From contig CAZETV010000001.1 in assembly GCA_964514965.1 (NCBI GenBank), forward strand, positions 603,063 to 635,062: a stretch of DNA of 32,000 nt, written 5' to 3'. Below, in pieces: positions 19,020-25,579 of the stretch. This DNA comes from Candidatus Hadarchaeota archaeon (lineage in GTDB: Archaea; Hadarchaeota; Hadarchaeia; Hadarchaeales; Hadarchaeaceae). Below the pieces are notes generated by a model. That model searched no databases, was not told the origin of the DNA, and saw only the letters and a list, made by a program, of their open reading frames with translations. The translations under genes were made by a program, and so were the position numbers. The first letter of the stretch is position 1. Each line of letters starts with the position of its first letter.

Positions 19020-19213
19020 TTAACGCTCTCCACAAATTTGGCCATCCTCCACCATCTTTTCTAGTTTGGGGATATTAAATCGGCTCTCATTCTGATATTT
19101 TAACTAATAGCTCGACTTAAATTCTTCAAATCGCATATTTTTTGGGCTTGGAAATGGGCACTTTAAAAGGGTCAAAAAGTCTATCTAAATCCTCGATTTT
19201 ATGCACGGTCAAA

Positions 19214-19702
19214 CTAAAAAATAGAGGTTGGCTGTTTTTGCGGTGATGAAGTTTTTACAATCAGTTCCACCCTTTTTTGTCTAAACAATGCAAATTGTGC
19301 TGAGGACCGACCGAGATTTTCCCTTAGTGAATCTCTCAAATAATGCACCTTGTCTGCATCAGTCTTTCCACACAATACAACAATTACTCCCTCATGGTAA
19401 TCTTTTAAGAAACCGTTGACTTGTCCGACTAGACGATCCGCTTGTGCTTTTCCCTTGAGGTTGAATTTGAGTTCTACACCAACTTTTCTATCAATACCTA
19501 TATCTGCCAAATGTCTACCGGACTCTTTTTGGATGGAATGTTGGCGAGACATTCCCATCCAATCAGGCTTATCAAACTCATTTCTCAAGAATTGGATGAG
19601 TTCGCCCCTGTAACCGTTCTCATTGGTGTACTCTTTTTGTAGTTTCCACCCTTTTATAATTGAATAAACCTTATCGAAAATATTTCCAAATACATCCGCC
19701 AT
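19214..19702 (-). CDS. Small hypothetical protein with PD-(D/E)xK (Hjc/Mrr-like) nuclease-type motif arrangement
   Basis: From ATG 19702 the product is 162 aa. It has a helix with Glu (GELIQFL), then HLADIGIDRKVGVELKF (D67/D71...E77-x-K79), then the helix QADRLVGQVNGF and the strand GVIVVLCG. TTTATATT lies about 35 nt upstream. The track start at 19759 is TTG. Confidence 0.45.
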   Translation of the reverse strand: MADVFGNIFDKVYSIIKGWKLQKEYTNENGYRGELIQFLRNEFDKPDWMGMSRQHSIQKESGRHLADIGIDRKVGVELKFNLKGKAQADRLVGQVNGFLKDYHEGVIVVLCGKTDADKVHYLRDSLRENLGRSSAQFALFRQKRVELIVKTSSPQKQPTSIF

Positions 19703-19829
19703 GACCACCGCCTTGGTTTGATTTTTATTTGATATTTGAAAATATAAAGGTTGTTTCAACTCCCCGGAAAATGTGTACTTTAATTGGGTAATGAGCAGAT
19801 TAGAAAAATTCAGTCTTTTTTAATTTAAA

Positions 19830-20402
19830 CTACTTCTTTAATCGATGATAACCACGGTCTAATTCGCTCAAAAGAATTTTGCCCATATTCATCAATTTTA
19901 CGAATTCATGTTCTGATAATTCTCTTACACCATGGATTGCTTCACTCCGCGCACGCCAAAATGTTTGAGTAAGTATAGCTGAATTACTGTCAATGATGTT
20001 TTTTGAACTCAATGCTGAAACAAGTTCTGACATCGGTTTATATCTTATCCCCGTCAGCCCCAGTTTAGCAGCGATTAAACGCATTCTTTTTTCGATTTCT
20101 ATAGATAACTCTACAAATTTGGCTGTAGGTGTTGTAGCATTTTCCAACATTCTTCTTGTTTCTTTTTCAATTTTAGTTGGAGGCTTTTTCCTTTTCGTAT
20201 ATTCATTGTAAAACTCGGCGCTAAAGAGGGGGGACTTAAACTGTTTAACCCTCGGATGTTGCACGACAATACATACAATAACAATTATGCTTAACGGGAG
20301 TATTGCTTCCCAGTATGTAGTTTGGTGAAAGAGCGGTGGGAAGATTAGGTGTCCAATAAGCAGAGCAAAACAGACAAAAAGTATGCTGTTGATTACGTTC
20401 AT
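19830..20402 (-). CDS. Membrane-anchored (2 N-terminal TM) protein with C-terminal DUF4145/HEPN-like helical domain
   Basis: TM1 is SILFVCFALLIGHLIFPPLF and TM2 is AILPLSIIVIVCIVV. The C-terminal ...SELVSALSSKNIIDSNSAILTQTFWRARSEAIHG... contains R-x4-H. GGTG lies 6 nt upstream of the ATG, which is 21 nt after the upstream stop. Confidence 0.5.
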   Translation of the reverse strand: MNVINSILFVCFALLIGHLIFPPLFHQTTYWEAILPLSIIVIVCIVVQHPRVKQFKSPLFSAEFYNEYTKRKKPPTKIEKETRRMLENATTPTAKFVELSIEIEKRMRLIAAKLGLTGIRYKPMSELVSALSSKNIIDSNSAILTQTFWRARSEAIHGVRELSEHEFVKLMNMGKILLSELDRGYHRLKK

Positions 20403-20423
20403 ATTTGCACCATTAAAATTTAC

Positions 20424-21113
20424 TCATAGAGTTAAAACCTTGTCTCTAATAAAATTCAGATATTCTCTTATTTCGCTATTCGAATAATCTTTAAATTTTT
20501 CATCTCCATGAGCCGCCATAGAACCTAACTGGTAATTGGCCCTTAAGCTGCTTTCAAGAGGTTTTTGGATAATCCCTTTCTGCCTCAATTTGATTATAAC
20601 TTGGTCAAATTTCTTCTCCTCGACTCCTTCCTTTCTGGCGAATTCTCTAACGGTGGTTTCTAAGACAATTCTACCGTAAATCGCTGCCGCTATCCTATGA
20701 CCACTCTCAAGGAACTCAAAAGCTTGTTCAAGCAAATCGCTGAATACCAGAATTTCTCGCTTATAGAATAAATCTTCTGTTAACTCGTTCACCACAGCAT
20801 CTAAAACGTGTTCAAGAATAGCAGTCGCGTTTGCAACATTCTCTTTATAGAATCGGCCACCCCTATATCCAACTTTTTTGCTTATTTCATTCACAAAATC
20901 TTTCAGAAATACAGAGTCTGCGCCAAATCTTAACTTTAGCAAATTGATGGAATCTTGTGACCGTTTTATCGCTCTTGGATATAATTTTACATTTTCAGAT
21001 TGGTTATGAGTAAAATAACTATCTAACTTATCTTCACTGTTTAGTGCCATTGCCAGATTCCTGCCTTCTTTAATAAGATTTGATAGTTTCTCAATTATTT
21101 TTTCATCTCTCAT
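20424..21113 (-). CDS. Soluble all-helical protein with C-terminal DUF4145/HEPN-like domain (paralogous to the C-terminus of the 19830-20402 product)
   Basis: ...GHRIAAAIYGRIVLETTVREFARKEG...FDQVIIKLRQKGIIQKPLESSLRANYQLGSMAAHG... This aligns without gaps over 35 residues to the downstream gene (L-x2-K-x-II-x15-S-x-A-x-HG). Confidence 0.5.
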   Translation of the reverse strand: MRDEKIIEKLSNLIKEGRNLAMALNSEDKLDSYFTHNQSENVKLYPRAIKRSQDSINLLKLRFGADSVFLKDFVNEISKKVGYRGGRFYKENVANATAILEHVLDAVVNELTEDLFYKREILVFSDLLEQAFEFLESGHRIAAAIYGRIVLETTVREFARKEGVEEKKFDQVIIKLRQKGIIQKPLESSLRANYQLGSMAAHGDEKFKDYSNSEIREYLNFIRDKVLTL

Positions 21114-21259
21114 AGATGGACTCCCTCATTTCTCTAATCCCAATGACCAAAATCGCAATAGGTATGTAGTTATCCTCTTTGCCCATCAAATACTGCACCA
21201 ACTTCATCGGCCCCTTATCGCCATCCTAATCTCGGAGTACCCCTTACCTTCCACTCAAC

Positions 21260-23323
21260 CTAATGGTACTCGATTCGCTGGCGAAATTCTTCCTGCTTCC
21301 CAACGTTCCAGTTCTTCACGGGGCGGAAATACCCCACCACGCGAGAGTAAACCTCCGTGACCTTGCCGCAAGAAGGACATTTCGGGTACTCCCCCGGGAT
21401 GAAACCGTGGTCGTCGCAGATGGTGTAGGTTGGCGTCACGGTGAAGTAGGGCAACCGGGTGTTGTGGGAGACCTTGCGGACGAGGTTCATGCAGCTCTCC
21501 CCGTCCTCGAGGCTCTCGCCGAGGAAAATGTGGTGGACCGTCCCTCCCGTGTAGAGCGTCTGCAGCTCCTCCTGGTGCTTCAGGGCCGAAATCAGGTCTA
21601 GGCCGCTGTTGACGGGCAGTAGGGTGGAATTAGTGTAGTAAGGTGCGCGCTCACCGGCAGTTATTATGTCCGAATACTTTCTCTTGTCGATCTTCGCGAG
21701 CCTGTAGCTCACGCCCTCGGCCGGAGTCGCCTCCAGGTTGTAGATGTTGCCGGTCTCCTCCTGGAAGGTCTGGATGCGCCCGAGCATGAACTTGAGAGTC
21801 TTGACGGCGAACTTTTTGCCCTCGTCGGCGGCTATGCTGCAATCGAGCAAGTTCAGGCAGGCCTCGTTCATGCCCACCAGCCCGATGGTCGAAAAGTGGT
21901 TGTTCAAAGTTCCGAGGTAGCGCTTGGTGAAAGGCAGCAGGCCGTTGTCCATGTTTTTCTTCACCCTGTCGCGCTTTGCTTCCAGTGAAATCCGCGACAG
22001 TTCCATTATGTACCCAAGCTTCTCGAAAAACTCGTCCTCGCTCTTGGAAAGGTAACCCAGGCGGGGCATGTTTATCGTCACGACTCCCACCGAACCGGTC
22101 GAGTCTCCCGAGCCGAATAGCCCGCCCGTCACGTTTCTCCTCAGCTCCGCCAACTCGAGACGGAGGTGGCAACACATCGAGCGAACGTCACTCGGCCTCA
22201 GGTCGCTGTTGATGAAGTTCTGGAAGTAGGGCAGCCCGTACTTCGCGGTCATCTCGAACAGCGCCGACGAAATGCCGTTGTCCCACTCGAAGTCCTTGGT
22301 CAAATTGTAGGTGGGTATTGGGAAGGTGAAAGGTCGCCCGTTCATGTCGCCTTCCATCATGACTTCCATGAGCGCGCGGTTTATCATCCCCATTTCTTCC
22401 GTGTATTCCTCGTAGGTGTTCTCGCCCAGCTTGCCGCCGATTGTCACGTGCTGGCCCGCGAGGTCCTCCGGGACGGTCAGGTCGAGCGTGATATTAGTGA
22501 ACGGCGTCTGCCCGCCCCAGCGCGAGGCGATATTGAGGTTGAACACGAAAGTCTGCATCGCCTGCTTTATCTTTCTGTAGTCGAGCCCATCCTTGCGAAC
22601 GAAAGGTGCGAGAAGTGTATCGATGGAATTGAAGGCCTGCGCTCCGGCCCACTCGTTCTGCAGGCTGCCTATGAAGTTCGCCATTTGGAGCAGAGCCGTG
22701 TCGAGGTGGGCTGGGGGCCTTGACGCGACCTTACTGGAGACGCCGTTGAACCCCTCCGCTAAAAGCTGGTTGAGAGACCAGCCGGCGCAATAGCCTGTTA
22801 TCCCCATGCCCAAGTCGTGGACATGGAAATCTCCGTGAACGTGCGCATCCGCAACCTCCATGGGGTAGACCCTGTCGAGCGTGTAGTTCGCAATTACCGA
22901 GCCAGCGATGTGAAGCAGCAAGCCCGAAAGAGAGTAACCCACATTGCTGTTCTCTTTGACCCTCCAGTCCTGCATGCCCAGATAATCATCAACTATATTT
23001 TCGACTTCGAGGAACGTGGACTTGAGTTTCCTCATCTCTTCGTGCTGCTTTCGATAGAGGATGTACGCCTTGGCGGTCCTCGCATGACCTCGCTCGATCA
23101 AGACTTTTTCCACCACGTCTTGAATATCCTCAACGTTCGGGATTTCGCTGGCGTATTTTTCTTCCAAAACTTTTACAACTTCATTAGACAACCTTTCTGC
23201 TATTCTTCTGTCTCGCCCACCGACCTCGACCGCAGCCGCAAAAATCGCATTGATGACGCGCTCTTGGTCGAAATCCACTATCCTACCATCGCGCTTGCGC
23301 ACTTTTTTGATGATCGCGCTCAT
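21260..23323 (-). CDS. nrdD: Anaerobic ribonucleoside-triphosphate reductase (class III RNR), with N-terminal ATP-cone
   Basis: ATP-cone KVRKRDGRIVDFDQERVINAI. Catalytic core motifs around SMCCHLRL. C-terminal Zn ribbon CDDHG...CPSCG. Glycyl-radical motif YSRVVGYFRPV. Confidence 0.94.
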   Translation of the reverse strand: MSAIIKKVRKRDGRIVDFDQERVINAIFAAAVEVGGRDRRIAERLSNEVVKVLEEKYASEIPNVEDIQDVVEKVLIERGHARTAKAYILYRKQHEEMRKLKSTFLEVENIVDDYLGMQDWRVKENSNVGYSLSGLLLHIAGSVIANYTLDRVYPMEVADAHVHGDFHVHDLGMGITGYCAGWSLNQLLAEGFNGVSSKVASRPPAHLDTALLQMANFIGSLQNEWAGAQAFNSIDTLLAPFVRKDGLDYRKIKQAMQTFVFNLNIASRWGGQTPFTNITLDLTVPEDLAGQHVTIGGKLGENTYEEYTEEMGMINRALMEVMMEGDMNGRPFTFPIPTYNLTKDFEWDNGISSALFEMTAKYGLPYFQNFINSDLRPSDVRSMCCHLRLELAELRRNVTGGLFGSGDSTGSVGVVTINMPRLGYLSKSEDEFFEKLGYIMELSRISLEAKRDRVKKNMDNGLLPFTKRYLGTLNNHFSTIGLVGMNEACLNLLDCSIAADEGKKFAVKTLKFMLGRIQTFQEETGNIYNLEATPAEGVSYRLAKIDKRKYSDIITAGERAPYYTNSTLLPVNSGLDLISALKHQEELQTLYTGGTVHHIFLGESLEDGESCMNLVRKVSHNTRLPYFTVTPTYTICDDHGFIPGEYPKCPSCGKVTEVYSRVVGYFRPVKNWNVGKQEEFRQRIEYH

Positions 23324-23341
23324 AATGAACTCACCTTACGC

Positions 23342-23590
23342 TCACGATACTCTGCAAACAAAACTCAATTTGTCAAAGTTCCCGCACTGCAAGCAAACAT
23401 TGATATTACCTCTTTGCTCGGAGTCGACCTTCGCACAACCTGTTCTATTCAATAAATTGTGTTGTTTCCCATCAACAAATTCGACCGCTCCCTCCACATC
23501 ATCTTGCCTCAGCAGCTTAGCCATTTTTCTAACTCTTTCGGCCACTATTCTTCTGTTCCTCAAGCTGACTTTTTTGATGGCCTCGCTCAT
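23342..23590 (-). CDS. Hypothetical 82-aa protein embedded in the nrd operon (four Cys, including CLQC)
   Basis: Its ATG overlaps the nrdG stop (ATGA at 23590-23587). Its stop lies 18 nt before the nrdD ATG, which has its own GGTGA site. I recognise no family. Confidence 0.45.
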   Translation of the reverse strand: MSEAIKKVSLRNRRIVAERVRKMAKLLRQDDVEGAVEFVDGKQHNLLNRTGCAKVDSEQRGNINVCLQCGNFDKLSFVCRVS

Positions 23591-24309
23591 GCTGATCTCA
23601 CACCTCTCACCTTACATGCCTGGAAATTGGGGGCGATTTGCTTCTGAAGTTCCTGAAGAAATCCGAGCGGGCAAGGTGCAATGTTAGAATATTTCTCATC
23701 AACGTGGGGGCCATTGGACTTGAACTGTTGAAGGAAATATTTTTTCGCGTTTTTTATCTGCTGTGTGATGAGCGCGATGTCGTCTTTGCTTGTTAGCCCG
23801 GGCACCACCGTGGTCCTAAACTCGTAATCTAATCCGTTCGAACCTCGGAGCAACTCGATGCTCTTCTCAACATCTCCCAGTGCCCCGTTTACATGAATAC
23901 CGACCACCGCTTGGTACTTATCCTCAACGAGGGGCGCTTTCACATCCATCGCGACGTAATCAACGAGGTGTTTTTCGAGCAGCTCCACCAGCATTTTCGG
24001 GTTAGACCCGTTCGTGTCGAGCTTGACGCTGTACCCCAATTTTTTCACTTTTTCCAGAAAACTCGGTAAGTCTGGATGAATGGTCGGCTCGCCGCCGGTT
24101 ATTTCCAATCCATCCAACCAATCCTTATTTTTCTCCAAATATTCCAAAACTTCTTCCTCAGATATGGACGGCAAAGTTTGGTGATTCAAAACTAGGTCTC
24201 GGTTGTAACAAAAACCGCACCTAAAGTTGCATCCTCCTACAAACACAATGGCAACAATTTTCCCTGGGTAATCGAGTAGAGAAACTTTTTGAAATCCTTT
24301 AAATTCCAT
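23587..24309 (-). CDS. nrdG: Anaerobic ribonucleotide reductase activating protein (radical SAM activase)
   Basis: SLLDYPGKIVAIVFVGGCNFRCGFCYN (CxxxCxxC cluster) and ...LEITGGEPTIH... are typical of NrdG/PflA-type activases. Confidence 0.9.
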   Translation of the reverse strand: MEFKGFQKVSLLDYPGKIVAIVFVGGCNFRCGFCYNRDLVLNHQTLPSISEEEVLEYLEKNKDWLDGLEITGGEPTIHPDLPSFLEKVKKLGYSVKLDTNGSNPKMLVELLEKHLVDYVAMDVKAPLVEDKYQAVVGIHVNGALGDVEKSIELLRGSNGLDYEFRTTVVPGLTSKDDIALITQQIKNAKKYFLQQFKSNGPHVDEKYSNIAPCPLGFLQELQKQIAPNFQACKVRGVRSA

Positions 24310-24334
24310 TAATAACCCTCTTAATCGATAGTTC

Positions 24335-24383
24335 GTTACTCTGTGTGTAACACCAATTATTTATATGTTACGCTATATGTAAC
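24335..24383. promoter_or_regulatory. Divergent nrdG / wHTH-Panacea promoter: one AT-rich TATA element flanked by two GTTAC-N7-GTAAC palindromes
   Basis: tGTTACtctgtgtGTAACac at 24335-24351 and tGTTACgctatatGTAACac at 24367-24383, 32 bp centre to centre. TTATTTATAT at 24357-24366 lies between them and reads as a TATA box in both directions. Confidence 0.6.
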
Positions 24384-24404
24384 ACACACAACAGGGGGAC
24401 CGTA

Positions 24405-25115
24405 ATGAGAGTTCTGAGAAGGAGCAAAGCCACTGAAATCCTGCTCGAGTTGCTAAAGGGCCCCAAGCACGTGAGGGAGTTGCAATCCCAAGTCGGCGGT
24501 AGTGCCTCAACTTTGGAAATGCGCATCCACGAACTTTTAAAAGAGGGGTGGATTCGCTATGAGGAGTCGGATATCTGGCCCTTTAGAAAGGTCCTGAAAT
24601 TGACAGACCGCGGGGCGGAAGTGGTGAAGCTCTTAAAGCTCGAAGGCGGCTTCTTCGGAGCCGCTGAAAGGGCGGTTAAGAAATTCGCATTATCAGAAGA
24701 CCGGGCAAAATACCTGCTAACGTTATTGCACGCCATGGGGGGAAAGATCGAGGGAGGAATAAAACTCCAAAAGCTGCTCTTCCTGTCAAAACATGAATTT
24801 GGACTCGAATTTTCCTACCAGTTCGCTCCGTACGCGCATGGACCGTTCTCGGAAGAAGTTTCAGACGACGTGACCGGGCTTATCAGCATGAAATTAATGG
24901 AAGTCGAAGGGAAAGTCATTGACGCAGGCGACGGGGTTGTTGAGAGGCGCTATAGGTTGACGCCCAACGGGGAGAAAGCGGCGAAGAAAATTTATACCAA
25001 ATTGCCAGGGGCGACAAAACGGTCCCTGCAGTCATTGAAGCGGTTCAACGAGATGAAGTTAGTCGAGCTACTCCGCTATGTCTATTCTAAGTATCCAAAG
25101 GAGAGCACCGGTTAA
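24405..25115 (+). CDS. Fusion of an N-terminal winged-helix DNA-binding domain with a C-terminal Panacea/DUF4065 (SocA/GepA-like antitoxin-type) domain
   Basis: The N-terminal ATEILLELLKGPKHVRELQSQVGGSASTLEMRIHELLKEGWIRYEE is ArsR/HxlR-like wHTH. The C-terminal GGIKLQKLLFLSKHEFGLEFSYQFAPYAHGPFSEEVSDDV matches the KLqKLlY...yGPv core of DUF4065. Confidence 0.68.
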   Translation: MRVLRRSKATEILLELLKGPKHVRELQSQVGGSASTLEMRIHELLKEGWIRYEESDIWPFRKVLKLTDRGAEVVKLLKLEGGFFGAAERAVKKFALSEDRAKYLLTLLHAMGGKIEGGIKLQKLLFLSKHEFGLEFSYQFAPYAHGPFSEEVSDDVTGLISMKLMEVEGKVIDAGDGVVERRYRLTPNGEKAAKKIYTKLPGATKRSLQSLKRFNEMKLVELLRYVYSKYPKESTG

Positions 25116-25152
25116 CTCTCGCCAGAAGTTACAAAGTAAAAATGTAGTTAAT

Positions 25153-25575
25153 TCAAGCGCGCACCAAGATGGCCGCCCGTTCACGATCGTATCGCCAGTC
25201 AGGAGCTAAAATCCCTTTTCTCTTGTAGTACTTGGCCAACTTGTTAATCTCGGACTCAACTACTTCTAGAGCGCGCTTGGCCCCGAAATCCTTCGGATTG
25301 CGTTCGAGATGGTCATGCAGAGGTACTGCTTTTCTAATTTTATTCATGAGGTCTTCAGGTAGCTCGGGCTTCAGACCGTGGGCATCCATTATCTGCTTTA
25401 TGCTCTTTCCTGTAGTCTCCTCGACGCTCGGTACGGCATGTTGGTCACGCATAATCATACCTATCCTGCTCGGAGGAATGCCCTCCTTCGCCAGCTTCAC
25501 CACGAGTTCTTCAACCTCGCTGGCCGATAGCTCACTCAGTCTTGCGCCCGTATGTCTCATTTGTTCGCTTTCCAT
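25153..25575 (-). CDS. rps15: 30S ribosomal protein S15 (uS15, S13e-type)
   Basis: ...SEVEELVVKLAKEGIPPSRIGMIMRDQHAVPSV...LPEDLMNKIRKAVPLHDHLERNPKDFGAKRALEVVESEINKLAKYYKRKG. ATG 25575 lies 4 nt after the ITPase stop; the longer track ORF overlaps the ITPase gene. Confidence 0.85.
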   Translation of the reverse strand: MESEQMRHTGARLSELSASEVEELVVKLAKEGIPPSRIGMIMRDQHAVPSVEETTGKSIKQIMDAHGLKPELPEDLMNKIRKAVPLHDHLERNPKDFGAKRALEVVESEINKLAKYYKRKGILAPDWRYDRERAAILVRA

Positions 25576-25579
25576 TCGT

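Noticed and set aside
21263-23455. Many long ORFs overlapping nrdD in other frames or on the opposite strand (21263-21601 +, 21651-22175 -, 21976-22212 +, 22166-22723 +, 22593-22793 +, 22817-23455 +).
   Set aside because: Their translations are low-complexity and rich in Arg, Pro, Gly and Ala, with no motifs. They are the expected stop-codon-poor shadows of a GC3-rich gene whose own frame gives a full-length canonical NrdD.
23250-23687. 145-aa plus-strand ORF spanning the nrdD start, orf82 and the nrdG end.
   Set aside because: It is antisense to three well-organised, translationally coupled minus-strand genes. Its product is Ser/Leu/Thr-rich and low-complexity, and there is no ribosome-binding site or promoter.
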